This document shows, piece by piece, positions 19,301 to 27,748 of a DNA stretch of 41,508 bases (its first letter is position 1; each line of letters begins with the position of its first letter). The notes beneath the pieces are model-generated. The model made no database searches. It was given only the letters and a program-made list of their open reading frames with translations, and had not been told where the DNA came from. The position numbers were made by a program, and so were the translations under genes. The stretch is from an uncultured Candidatus Peribacteria bacterium. GTDB taxonomy: Bacteria > Patescibacteriota > Gracilibacteria > Peribacterales > Peribacteraceae. The stretch spans positions 1 to 41,508 of the forward strand of contig CAYSVN010000003.1 in assembly GCA_964434585.1 (NCBI GenBank). Direction: 5' to 3'.

Positions 19301-22296
19301 GTACTGGTACTGGTTCGGACATGGAATCTGTCGCCGTTAACACAACTGGTTCTTTACTAAAAACATTAACCGGTAGTAATTCTAGCCCAAGTATTGGGGA
19401 CACCCTTACCTACCAAGTAACTATTGAAATGCCAGAAGGAACTAATAATCCATTTACACTAACAGACAGCCTACCGGCTGGACTTGTTTACATTCCAGGC
19501 ACCGCTGCTGTTACGAGTAATAAAGCAACATTAACTTGGTCTGGCACTCCAGAGGCACCAGTAGAAACACCGTCTTCTGCCACCATTGGTGCAGGCGTTG
19601 CCCAAGTGTTAACATTTGGTTTTGGAACTGGTACTAATCTTGATGTTGCTAACGCCAGTGCAGACCTTATTACACTTACGTACGACGTATTAGTAATGAA
19701 TACCACAGATAATAATCTAGGAAATACTAAGATAAATAGTGCTACCTTAAATTACGGTGCAGGTGGAACAGCTGGACCTGCCAGCTCACCGGTTGTTACT
19801 ATTGCTGAACCTGTCATTAACATTACTAAGACAACAAGTTACAGCTCTGGTAGTAATTTGACGTATGTTATGAGCATTGTAAATAGTGGTACTGCTACTG
19901 GTTACGACCTTAGTATTAACGATATTATTCCAGATGGACTAACGTACGCTAATGGTTACACCCTTCTAACCGGGGCAACATTACCAACATTAACCGAAGG
20001 TACAAGTGGTTCTAATACACTACTAACGTTTGAGCTAAGCGAGCTTGGACCAAGCCAGGTTACGACATGGAGTTTTGACCTAACAATTGATACTGATGTT
20101 ATTCCTGCAACCGTTATTACTAACACTGGTTCACTTACATATAGCTCTCAAGATGGTAACCCAGGAGAAGGGATCCTTGGTAACAGCAATAGTGACGAAC
20201 GTGATGGTAGCGAAGATGCAGGAAGTGATGACCATAACGATGATGGCAGTGTAGCTATTGCTGTTGTTCGTCCCCTGCTTGATGTAACAAAAACAGTAGT
20301 AGACCTTACTAGTAACAGTGGTGCAGAAATTAATGACTTACTAGAGTACACAATTGTTCTTACCAACTTAGGTAATGGTGTTGGAACTGAAATTGATTTA
20401 CTGGATAACGTACCCGCTAACCTTACTGGATTTACTATTACAGAGTTCCCTGCTTCTGGTACGGATTTCTCTACTGCAACCGGTGGTACAAATGAAACGG
20501 GTATTATTGATTTTAGAAATATTACATTAGATGCAAATGGTGGCCTGGTTGATACTATTACTATTAAATACCAAGCACAGATTGCGAAGTCTCTTGTTCC
20601 TGGAACGTTAATTGATAATGAAGTAACCGTAACGCCACCGACCGAAGGCGGTCCTGGCGATAGTGATGACACAAGCCTAACGGTAATTGCACCCGTCTTA
20701 AACCTTGAAAAATTTGCTGATAAAGAAGATGCTAAAATTGGTGAAGTTGTAACGTATACCCTTATTCTTACCAATACTGGAACTTCGGTTTCTACAAATA
20801 CTGTAGTCCAAGACCCTATTTTGCCGTACATGACTTATGTGCCAAATTCACTAACGTTAAGTGGAGTATCGCAAACTGATATTCAATTTGATGATATTGG
20901 CCACTATGATGCTACCGGTAGCTTAGTTGTCTTTAACTGGCCTAGTTTCCCTGTTGGCTTTAGTGGTGGTGTTATGACTTTCCAAGTAACACTGGATGCT
21001 AATACTCCAAATGGTACCGTCTTTACTAATACTGCTGCTGTAACAGACGACCAAGGAAGTTTTGATAATGCTTCCACTGATGTAGATGGACCTGAAGATG
21101 TTATACTTGGACCAAGTGGTGGTAGCGGAACTGGTGGAGGTGGAAGTAGCGGAGGCTCATCTGGTGGGGGTGGTAGAAGTATTGTTAGTAGTAGTTCTTC
21201 GAATTCTAGTAGTAGCTCTAGTAGTTCATCTAGTAGCACGCCTGTTGTTAGCGACGCTTATAATGAGCAACAATTAGAACGTTTTAAAGACAACTGGTCT
21301 CAAACAGACGTATTACCAAAGACTGGCTTTGTACCAGATTGGCTTCGTTCTAATTATGACGCCTTTAGCATCTTCCCAGATGTTAATGCCAATGACACTT
21401 ACTACGAAGGGTTGGTATTTGGACTACGGCAAGAAATTTTCTCTGGATACCCTGATGGAACCATGCGCCCTGAGAATACAATTATTAGAGCAGAGATGGC
21501 AAAAGTTATTGCGGTTGCTATGGAGCACTTATTAAAACGTGGCCTTAGCGCTCCTAGCTTTAGTGATGTTGAAAAAGAGCAATGGTATTATGACTATGTA
21601 ACATCACTTGCGGATAGCGGATTTATTAATGGATACCCCGATAAAACATATCGCCCAGCTAACGAAGTAAGCTTAGGCGAGGTAGCAGCATTAATTGCTA
21701 AAGGCTTTGAACTAAGTGGTAATGCTCCAGGAGATGACTGGAAAACGTACTACTGGGACGTGCTAAACAACGCTAATTTGATTCCAAAAAGCCTCCAGAA
21801 TGCTAACTTAGATAAGAATGCTACTCGTGGTGAGGTGGCAGAAATTATCCGTAGAGCGGCCATTATGAAAGATATGAGCGTTAGCGCTTATCCTGGCTCT
21901 GTTTCATTTAGCATTCCAGCTTATGGAGTAAGCGCCGAAGCGACATCATCACTCGTTTCCGATAGCTCTGTTTGGGTAGATGATTTAACGAATGCTGGCA
22001 TTGCACGGTATTGGGATGATAAAAATCAACGTTTAGTACTTTGGGGCCATAGTAGTGTATGGCCTGGTGATCCTAAAGGACCAATACTACAAGCTGTACG
22101 CGATGAACCAATGGCGCTTGGAGAAATTGTTGTATATGATGGCGTGTTCTACGAAGCGATTTCACACGAAAGTGGTATTGATGAATATTATGTGGAAGCC
22201 ATTGATTTTAGTGATAGTGATGTAGATTTAGTATTATTTACCTGCGATAAAGATATTCAATATCGTAATATTGTAAAAATGAAACGAGTGGAATAA
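13381..22296 (+). CDS. Giant secreted DUF11/isopeptide-type Ig-repeat adhesin with internal LPKTG, SLH domains and a C-terminal sortase domain
   Basis: Signal peptide (..ETAYA); many K....G(D/E).(L/V)TY.(I/L)....D.(L/I)P....N.A repeats; LPKTG at 21313-21327; SLH FPDV..SGYPDG..RP..RAE; sortase WGH..LVLFTC..R. Confidence 0.88.
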   Translation: MMTCKQITQHCIKAISVLEITLLSVGSLLLSIPLYPNVETAYAMPIPGCFVSTGAGNPTITPPGPIEAMRGEDFTFQVALTNGGSAAGYAPYIDFILPADVTVNSASFTIGGVSVSPVAPSPYTGSGTVTHPYTGLDVAVPEDQTFYVYNFPFGSFVPDQPAARIQINATMPEETPYVNLATQMQAGCGFGWGADEFNNPSTDPALVGASNTYDWMPILIIPEKELMTIEGENETVTGENWPVTYQLNADIASGATLPLVLTDVLPPEFQLISIDSQLGDTGAGFTVTFTPTIGSAQTSSSLPFTPIGPFPPGGTVEISYNSVTGSSAELDAQLEFTIYVPEFYEDGTTPILDPVTGVGTVETDNLVDNDYDASAIFEGTTYPSTSPIETLEILANATQKSVANTINAGPAGYSPGDILTYTVEFEISDYFALDDINIEDIMGDGLEYVAASASASVQADGVTTAVAFTPANITNEANAVTSPTFDFTGPDCAGCTQAITYDNTSNGDAIDPPADGETHIAYDISEALIDAGLSGILEGGLIGPTTVGEPTKLTLTYQAEILDSFFGNPAVDPSVDAYDTLSNEVSIFGDVASGPTPGTQISETSETTIRIVATEFGKSIGAMQLNSGVDAAPFGNPDPQTIAAGNVVVFSLLLDIPSGDADTLVIEDFLPLPVFDASAFSLVFDNTIYNPTDGSGSSIPAPNTVAYGSSSTGFTMALPTPTITTNATTNSVTLTYASGSTFQEDPSDGSIIEILLAAEVTGNPFGDGLGIINQATYDVGNSDNQTFGGTEIVPFVAGAPEADLYKCVVASDSTDPDVVSTPDISSYLTFNNPPSATPIATHSISTEEIDNTTTGLNNCVFESVDAGDRVTFMIVLENEGSAPAYDLNIEDTLPVGFNTPSSAADLNLRAWQQDGATLTEITGVTELSGGLFGFPLNGGTGAGGNTTIAYDGPLVPFDNIAGGANPEDQYDTGNGLTNEGENIIMFTYELVVAQSAEAGGTYSNSAVLNSFSSTIGGPNFVGEPAVYESSASILIDGASMVKLDSEHPDGVASTTPNNYTVGEKIRYELAITMPEGTTTGVTIVDNIPNGLAYFGGSGVVLDTTCDGGGTAFNGIVPTPSIVPAGAGLASQGADVTITFPSAITTANDNDVLTDTFCLYYDVVVLNTAGNVGATRTNSAVLSYSGTTLPAVNIPIDVVGPDLTVTKAVSPSGSAEAGDTLTYTITIAHSGTSSADAYDINVSDLISNKLIVNDTFASDGRDNDGDTVADSGDAEETAGGFFVNGGGGVGGTFTWNNTTTNNPLFNHLPIGSDITLQFEVTVGDNVSPTEVIGNDASITYDSLPGDPDAGLPEAEGSGTGSTSTTILNITAGKATSGSTLPNTGSAQHTAGLLDIAIGEQVFYDITLAVPESELTNLVIVDSLPNFMRADSAIIVQNDIGSTGSIILSDAQNGDSINDTYTITFPTVNNPPDADIEFIVVRVFATLLDNAGNSNGQVKTNQITVDWNENNGSALTDSVGIDVVEPDLVITKTMSPSPIDAGDQVLITINVDHSTASTMDAFDMVVTDTIPTAFTAVTTFSSDGLDNDGDGLIDGADVDEINGPNIFFTAPNQYTFTGAILTLANDITYQFYATVNANAYPQQVIANTGSLAYDSAPGNNPDEADYTDEDNDSVTVRDINFTKSIFSTSNVDTGTSQLTALTDVLIGETVTYHLTLEIPETEIQNLVVTDVLPPMLEAISGSVIQDDTGDISSPGITFTDVTPADGVNETTTFNLGAVDNASGSGPATVILAVQALVVDNAVNDNADIKTNTATLTHSGQVVPLMDSASVEVVEPNLTIVKSVTPDPAEGDGGDPFTFTVTVQNIGTGPAYDLEITDTLNAQFNLTTPLDADGLDNDGDGIDSNSGETTAAFYNAGGNNFTWNNTTTGLPNYNTLMPGAGFSVTYNVTLDNSVSFGDVLENTADLNYDATPGAGGRTGTGSDMESVAVNTTGSLLKTLTGSNSSPSIGDTLTYQVTIEMPEGTNNPFTLTDSLPAGLVYIPGTAAVTSNKATLTWSGTPEAPVETPSSATIGAGVAQVLTFGFGTGTNLDVANASADLITLTYDVLVMNTTDNNLGNTKINSATLNYGAGGTAGPASSPVVTIAEPVINITKTTSYSSGSNLTYVMSIVNSGTATGYDLSINDIIPDGLTYANGYTLLTGATLPTLTEGTSGSNTLLTFELSELGPSQVTTWSFDLTIDTDVIPATVITNTGSLTYSSQDGNPGEGILGNSNSDERDGSEDAGSDDHNDDGSVAIAVVRPLLDVTKTVVDLTSNSGAEINDLLEYTIVLTNLGNGVGTEIDLLDNVPANLTGFTITEFPASGTDFSTATGGTNETGIIDFRNITLDANGGLVDTITIKYQAQIAKSLVPGTLIDNEVTVTPPTEGGPGDSDDTSLTVIAPVLNLEKFADKEDAKIGEVVTYTLILTNTGTSVSTNTVVQDPILPYMTYVPNSLTLSGVSQTDIQFDDIGHYDATGSLVVFNWPSFPVGFSGGVMTFQVTLDANTPNGTVFTNTAAVTDDQGSFDNASTDVDGPEDVILGPSGGSGTGGGGSSGGSSGGGGRSIVSSSSSNSSSSSSSSSSSTPVVSDAYNEQQLERFKDNWSQTDVLPKTGFVPDWLRSNYDAFSIFPDVNANDTYYEGLVFGLRQEIFSGYPDGTMRPENTIIRAEMAKVIAVAMEHLLKRGLSAPSFSDVEKEQWYYDYVTSLADSGFINGYPDKTYRPANEVSLGEVAALIAKGFELSGNAPGDDWKTYYWDVLNNANLIPKSLQNANLDKNATRGEVAEIIRRAAIMKDMSVSAYPGSVSFSIPAYGVSAEATSSLVSDSSVWVDDLTNAGIARYWDDKNQRLVLWGHSSVWPGDPKGPILQAVRDEPMALGEIVVYDGVFYEAISHESGIDEYYVEAIDFSDSDVDLVLFTCDKDIQYRNIVKMKRVE

Positions 22297-22326
22297 ATTA
22301 AGCATACACTCCATTATTCATCTTAT

Positions 22327-22352
22327 AAAAAAGCATCTAAAGATGCTTTTTT
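22327..22352. terminator. Bidirectional intrinsic terminator
   Basis: AAAAAAGCATCT-AA-AGATGCTTTTTT between convergent genes. Confidence 0.75.
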
Positions 22353-23838
22353 ATTGTTCTACTTTGCCACGGTACCGAAAAACTAATCGTAATAATTTAC
22401 GAACCTTATTTGAAAATAATGATTTTGCTAAATGGCTCCCTGGCGCCCATTTAGAAATCTCACCAAACGTAGGATAAATAAACGTACTACGAGCAATTTT
22501 ACTTAAAGAAATATTTTGTGCCATGGCCAATTGCCATTCGCGAATCATTTCTCCAGCACGTGGATTTATAATTTGGCATCCTAAAATTTTACCTTTCTTA
22601 TCAAGCAGTATTTTAATAAAACCGCTCGTGGCAGATTCTGTTAGTGCACGGTCTTGCGCCTTAAATGTAGATTTTATAACTGTATGCTTTATCTTATTTT
22701 TTTTGGCTGTTTTTTCATTAAGACCAATGCTAGCTAGTTCTGGCTCTGTAAATAACGTCCAGCCAATAGAGCTATAATTTGCTTTGCTGGGGACATGCAA
22801 TATTTCATTACTTAGCACAATGCCTGCCTCGTAATTAGCAGCATGGGTAAACTGTGCCTTACCGTTAACGTCTCCAATAGCTAAAATATGTTTTTTATTA
22901 GTACGCATTTTAGCATTAACAGCAATAACTCTATCGTACTTTACTCCGGCAGCTTCTAAGTTTAATTCTACATTAGCCTTACGGCCAGTAGCTACTAACA
23001 CCGCCGAGAAGTTTTGTTCTTTTTTAGTACCGTCTTGTTTATACATAAGCGTAATACCACTACTTGATTTTTTTATTTCACTAAACTCAATACCTCTTAA
23101 CAATTCCACTCCATCATCTAGTAATGATTGCTCTATTACTTCTGCTACGTCTTTATCTTCTGTCGTTAAAATATTATGCTCACGAATACCAATAGTAACC
23201 TTGGTACCAAGGCGCTGCATTGCTTGCCCCATTTCAATACCAATAACTCCCCCGCCAATAATAAGTAAGCTTTCTGGTTGGTTTGGTAATGTAAAAATAG
23301 TTTCGTTTGTAATGTACGGCACAGTATCTAAACCTTTAATAGGTACAATATTAGGCCTAGAGCCCGTAGCAATAACAATTTTTTTACCAGAAAATTTTAA
23401 TGAATGACCTGGCATTAAAAACTCTGGCTGCTGTAACTGCTGCAAGTCTTCAGTTAGCTGCACGCTTACACTGTGGTCATTTACAAATTGTGCTTCCCCA
23501 AAAATAACGTCACAGCCATACTCTCTAAAGCGGTCTGGGTTATCATGGTGCTGAATAACGTCCTGCACTCCCTGAATGCGACTTTGTACTTTTAGCCAAT
23601 CTGTTTTTGGGCTTGCTGAACGTATACCAAAATCATCTGATTTTTTTACTACATTGGCTACCTTTGCAGATTTTAAAAGTGACTTACTGGGTACACAACC
23701 GTAATGTAAACAGTCCCCTCCTAATTGTTCTTTAGATAGTAGTAATACTTTTACACCAAGCTGACTAGCGCCTGAAGCCAGACTTAAACCAGCTGAACCT
23801 CCGCCAATGATGATAAGGTCATATTCGTATTTAGACAT
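22351..23838 (-). CDS. Class I pyridine nucleotide-disulfide oxidoreductase (Lpd/MerA-like)
   Basis: IIGGGSAG, GGDCLHYGCVPSK, IATGS, IIGGGVIG.E, AIGD; C-terminal YPT..E; start placed at MSKYEYD. Confidence 0.92.
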   Translation of the reverse strand: MSKYEYDLIIIGGGSAGLSLASGASQLGVKVLLLSKEQLGGDCLHYGCVPSKSLLKSAKVANVVKKSDDFGIRSASPKTDWLKVQSRIQGVQDVIQHHDNPDRFREYGCDVIFGEAQFVNDHSVSVQLTEDLQQLQQPEFLMPGHSLKFSGKKIVIATGSRPNIVPIKGLDTVPYITNETIFTLPNQPESLLIIGGGVIGIEMGQAMQRLGTKVTIGIREHNILTTEDKDVAEVIEQSLLDDGVELLRGIEFSEIKKSSSGITLMYKQDGTKKEQNFSAVLVATGRKANVELNLEAAGVKYDRVIAVNAKMRTNKKHILAIGDVNGKAQFTHAANYEAGIVLSNEILHVPSKANYSSIGWTLFTEPELASIGLNEKTAKKNKIKHTVIKSTFKAQDRALTESATSGFIKILLDKKGKILGCQIINPRAGEMIREWQLAMAQNISLSKIARSTFIYPTFGEISKWAPGSHLAKSLFSNKVRKLLRLVFRYRGKVEQ

Positions 23839-23926
23839 AAAATGATGGTAATGAATTAATGCTAAAGTTCTAGAGGTTATAAGGTTTAAAGATTTAGGAC
23901 TTCTAGGCCTCATAACCTTACTACCT

Positions 23927-24631
23927 CTAGACCTGTTCTTGATTTACTGTAGAAAATTCCGCTAATTTACTATTTCGCTTTTTAAGATAACGACTTAGAA
24001 CAATACTAGATATAAAAAGGATAATTGATGCTGCTAATGTTACTCCAAATTTTCCTTCGTTCACACCTGTTGCAGCACCGGCGGCGGCGCCAAATAATAC
24101 AAATGTCATTGATCCAGGTAGAATACCAATCAATGTTGCAAGAGCGTATTGTGACCATTTAATACGCGTTGTACCTGCAAGGTAATTTGTAAAATCAAAT
24201 GGAAAATAAAGCAATCTTGTTAATAATATAGTTATAAAACCATCATTTTCCATACCTGAAATTAATGCATGAAACCTACCAGAACGATAACGCTCTAGTA
24301 CATCTTGACCAAAATATCTTCCAATAATAAAGGCAACATTTGCACTAAGATTTGCACCTATAATTGTATAAATAATTCCAGTCCATGGGCCAAACAATAA
24401 GCCTGCTGCTGCTGTCAGTAGCGTTGCTGGGAAAAAGACAACTGGCCTAATGGTATAGATAAAAATATAAAGCAGAGGACCCCAAAACCCAAACCTGTTT
24501 ACATAATCCTGAATGAGCTTAGGGTAATGCTGAAGGGGTATTTCTAGTGCTGAAAAAGTCCATATGGCTAGCGCAATAAGTGCCAGCCATATGCAAAATA
24601 ATGATAATTTTAAAGGACTTTTTTTTGCCAT
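23927..24631 (-). CDS. TVP38/TMEM64 (DedA/VTT domain) membrane protein
   Basis: FFPATLLTAAAGLLFGPW.G, F.IGRYFG, RLLYFPFD..NY.AG, T.IGILPG; multiple TM segments. Confidence 0.92.
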   Translation of the reverse strand: MAKKSPLKLSLFCIWLALIALAIWTFSALEIPLQHYPKLIQDYVNRFGFWGPLLYIFIYTIRPVVFFPATLLTAAAGLLFGPWTGIIYTIIGANLSANVAFIIGRYFGQDVLERYRSGRFHALISGMENDGFITILLTRLLYFPFDFTNYLAGTTRIKWSQYALATLIGILPGSMTFVLFGAAAGAATGVNEGKFGVTLAASIILFISSIVLSRYLKKRNSKLAEFSTVNQEQV

Positions 24632-24949
24632 TTAACTAAGAGTAAGCTCTACAAGCTCTTCCATAGAAGATGCTCCAGTGTGACGCTTGTGTTCCTCGCC
24701 ATCTTTTACAACAAGGAATGTTGGAATGCTCATTACACCAAAGCGTCCTGCAATGTCTGGTACTTCATCTACGTTAAGCTTAACAACGGTAGCTTTATCT
24801 GCAAGTTCAGCATTAACATTATCTATAACGGGCATCATTGCCTGGCAAGGCCCACACCAGTCGGCGTAAAAGTCTACAAGCACAGGACTTGAGTCTTTAA
24901 TAAGGGTATCGAACTGTTCGACAGAAGTAATAGCGGTTACATTAGACAT
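24632..24949 (-). CDS. trxA: Thioredoxin
   Basis: VLVDFYADWCGPC, KLNVDE, VMSIPT; 105 aa. Confidence 0.95.
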   Translation of the reverse strand: MSNVTAITSVEQFDTLIKDSSPVLVDFYADWCGPCQAMMPVIDNVNAELADKATVVKLNVDEVPDIAGRFGVMSIPTFLVVKDGEEHKRHTGASSMEELVELTLS

Positions 24950-25019
24950 AATAAAAAAATAAGAAATAATTAATATGTTATTAGTATAACTGATGAAATA
25001 CTGTTGAGCGAGAGAGCGG

Positions 25020-25035
25020 TGTAGGCTGAACTACA
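25020..25035. promoter_or_regulatory. Candidate Crp-family (NtcA-type) operator TGTA-N8-TACA
   Basis: Palindrome TGTAG-gctgaa-CTACA about 70 bp upstream of trxA. Confidence 0.65.
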
Positions 25036-25143
25036 TAAGAGGGGAAAAGGGGGAAAGTATAAAAAACCTTCGGACACATTCAGCCTTTCAGTACACTTGA
25101 AAGATATGTCGTTTTAAACTTACTGAGCCATTTTTTTCCTACC

Positions 25144-26145
25144 TTACTCCGGCCACGCCACTAAGTCCGGATTATGGTTTGCCCAGCTAAACCACATTGC
25201 ATGGTAAAAAGGATACTGATTATTATCTTCGTCCATAATATCAATGGTACCATCGTCTTTTACTGTCGCTGTTACAGTTTTACCGCCGACAGTAATTACT
25301 GCCTGTTTGTCGCTTACTAATTGAGATCTTTGAAAACCAATACTAACACCATTGACTGTTGTTGCTACAAAAATTTCTTTAGGATGAAAACGATCGTTGA
25401 GCTCATTTACTGGAAAAATAAAGTCTGTGTCTTCTTCGTATGTACCATAAGGACTATTGCCATATGGGCGTGTAAATTGTTTAGGAGTAGATAGTATTTT
25501 TATATCATTACCGATAGTTTTTACTTTACCAAATGTTAGTAGTTGTGAACTTAATATAGCCAATTTTTGATTGTTGTAATTTCCAACGACAGACTTACCT
25601 TCTATTTGCGACCAAAGTGACTCCGTTTGGCGATCGTACATTAATAAATTGCTTTGCCACAGTAATCCTGACACCCCAAAGGACAACTGTTCACCATCTA
25701 CGCGACGGTCGAATACAATTGCTGATCCACATAGTGGGCAAAATGTTACTGCTATCGGAACTCCTCCTACTTCGTCGTTAATTATCTCATGCCAGTATAA
25801 AACATCATAGGTGTAAAATCGTTTATCACCATTAATATCTATATAAATACCTCTAGAATCATCTGTTAAAAAATCTACATTATCTATAGAAATAAATTTT
25901 GGATTATCAATTGCTGGAATACCATCTTTACCTGGGCCGCCACTTAAAATTTCGTTAAAAGGAATGGAAATCTTGCTGGTATTTGTTCGCAGCCCAAAAC
26001 TGGCTAGCTGGGCAGCGTTATTATCAGCTATAGCAGGAGTGTTGGCTGGGCTACTTTCTGGCTGCTGCTGAATGCCACTTGAAGTGCAGCCTGTAAGTAA
26101 TATTACAAGTAGTAAAGGTGATGTAAGTGTAAAAAGTAATTTCAT
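25144..26145 (-). CDS. DUF3179 domain lipoprotein (CxxC)
   Basis: Lipobox LLTGC; GGPGKDGIPAID, WHEIIND, TFCPLCGS, FGVSG.L..SNLLMYDRQTESLWSQ, WFSW...P; start at MKLLF. Confidence 0.9.
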   Translation of the reverse strand: MKLLFTLTSPLLLVILLTGCTSSGIQQQPESSPANTPAIADNNAAQLASFGLRTNTSKISIPFNEILSGGPGKDGIPAIDNPKFISIDNVDFLTDDSRGIYIDINGDKRFYTYDVLYWHEIINDEVGGVPIAVTFCPLCGSAIVFDRRVDGEQLSFGVSGLLWQSNLLMYDRQTESLWSQIEGKSVVGNYNNQKLAILSSQLLTFGKVKTIGNDIKILSTPKQFTRPYGNSPYGTYEEDTDFIFPVNELNDRFHPKEIFVATTVNGVSIGFQRSQLVSDKQAVITVGGKTVTATVKDDGTIDIMDEDNNQYPFYHAMWFSWANHNPDLVAWPE

Positions 26146-26148
26146 AAC

Positions 26149-26203
26149 TGTAGCATACCTTACCGATGTCAATTGCAAAGTGAACTAGGTAGCATATACT
26201 ACG
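26149..26203. promoter_or_regulatory. Two GTA-N8-TAC boxes in the divergent DUF3179/crp intergenic region
   Basis: TGTAgcatacctTACC (26149-26164) and GGTAgcatatacTACG (26188-26203). Confidence 0.6.
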
Positions 26204-26226
26204 ATTGTAATTTTCCTCCTTTTATT

Positions 26227-26886
26227 ATGGCTTCTCCAGAACAGAAATTTTGGTACCTTAAAAACTATAATTGCTTTTCTACTATTACTGACGAACAGAT
26301 TGCAGAAATTGCACAGTCGGCTGATATGACTGAATACCATGAATCAACGATTGTCTATAACCCAAAAACACTAGGGGGTAATATTTATGTGGTAAAGCGT
26401 GGTGAGGTTAATTTATTTCATGAAAAACAAGGTAAAAAATATGTATTTGATACCCTTGGTAAAGGTTCTATGTTTGGTGATATTTCGCACGAAACAATGC
26501 CGCTTGGACACTTTGCTGAAGGCGCTGCTGGTACAATGGTTTGCACCTTTACCACCGAAGATTTTTTAAAGATTGTTGCAAAATATCCAGCCGTTATGAT
26601 GTGTACACTACAAGACATGAGTTCACGCATTCGTGAGTACCAAGATGAGGTAGGTGCACAACAAGGTACCGCCAAGGAACTTATTTTACATGAACTACAA
26701 CGACTCCATACTAAAAAACAAAAGAGCTTTCTAGGCCTGTTTGAGGTTCCTTTGCGTGTTACTCACCAGAAACTAGCAGACCTTACGGGTCTTAACCGTG
26801 TAACCATCACACGAACGCTTAAAGAACTTAAGAAAGATGGCCTTATTAGTGTTGATAGCGGCAGTGGTGTTATTGATCTTATGTAG
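26227..26886 (+). CDS. Crp/Fnr family transcriptional regulator
   Basis: cNMP-binding-like IYVVKRGEV..LGKGSMFGD; HTH THQKLADLTGLNRVTITRTLKEL; start at MASPE. Confidence 0.93.
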   Translation: MASPEQKFWYLKNYNCFSTITDEQIAEIAQSADMTEYHESTIVYNPKTLGGNIYVVKRGEVNLFHEKQGKKYVFDTLGKGSMFGDISHETMPLGHFAEGAAGTMVCTFTTEDFLKIVAKYPAVMMCTLQDMSSRIREYQDEVGAQQGTAKELILHELQRLHTKKQKSFLGLFEVPLRVTHQKLADLTGLNRVTITRTLKELKKDGLISVDSGSGVIDLM

Positions 26887-26952
26887 CACTATGCCACCTA
26901 CAAGTTTAATCAATTAGTTGTAATTTAAAACACAAAGCGTAGAATATAATTT

Positions 26953-27672
26953 ATGACTACACTACTTTACCTACACGATACATATTTATTTACAGCAGGT
27001 GCAACTGTTGTTTCTATAGAGGAAACTGAAAAAGGCACTGCACTGCTTTTAAATCAAACCATTTTTTACCCACAAGGTGGTGGACAACCAGCTGATCAAG
27101 GAGTTATTAAGTGTGGAGACATTCAATTTAACGTTACCGATGTTCGCCTTAGCCCAGAAGGTATTGTGTACCACTATGGAACATTTAATTCTATACCATT
27201 TAATACTGGTGAGAATGTAGAGCTAGAGATTAACCAAGAACGACGTTTGCTTAACGCACGTGTGCATACCGGTGGACATTTAATTGATGTAGCAGTTAAT
27301 AAGGCTGGTATTACTGGTATTACACCTACAAAAGGTTACCACTTTACTGAGGGGCCCTACGTTGAGTACGAAGGCGTGTTAGAAGACGCTGCTGGTTGGA
27401 TGGATCGTGTCGCTATAGCAGCAAATGAAGTTGTTACCGAGGATGTTGAAATTATTGCAGAGGATGTATCACCTGAAGATGCTGTTACACGTGGCATATG
27501 GGCGCCGCAAGGTAAGTCGGCACGGTTCGTGTACTTTAAAGGCTATGAAGACCAAGGATGTGGCTGTGGTGGCACACACGTAGCTCGTAGTGGTGAAGTC
27601 GGCAGTATTACCATTCGCAGTGTTAAGTCTAAAAAAGGTAAAACTAAAGTGGCATATACTGTAGGATTATAA
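26953..27672 (+). CDS. AlaX-type free-standing alanyl-tRNA editing protein
   Basis: TIFYPQGGGQPADQG, HTGGH (HxxxH) and CGGTH (CxxxH) zinc-binding motifs. Confidence 0.9.
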   Translation: MTTLLYLHDTYLFTAGATVVSIEETEKGTALLLNQTIFYPQGGGQPADQGVIKCGDIQFNVTDVRLSPEGIVYHYGTFNSIPFNTGENVELEINQERRLLNARVHTGGHLIDVAVNKAGITGITPTKGYHFTEGPYVEYEGVLEDAAGWMDRVAIAANEVVTEDVEIIAEDVSPEDAVTRGIWAPQGKSARFVYFKGYEDQGCGCGGTHVARSGEVGSITIRSVKSKKGKTKVAYTVGL

Positions 27673-27700
27673 ATTATTTGAATAAACTTTTCAGGCTCTA

Positions 27701-27739
27701 TTAAAAAGGTTCAAATATTTTATATCTGAACCTTTTTAA
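27701..27739. terminator. Bidirectional intrinsic terminator
   Basis: TTAAAAAGGTTCA...TGAACCTTTTTAA inverted repeat between convergent genes. Confidence 0.75.
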
Positions 27740-27748
27740 ATTCTAAAT

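Noticed and set aside
22351-23838. merA or lpdA assignment
   Set aside because: No C-terminal Cys pair or mer genes; no HPT motif or dehydrogenase-complex neighbours.
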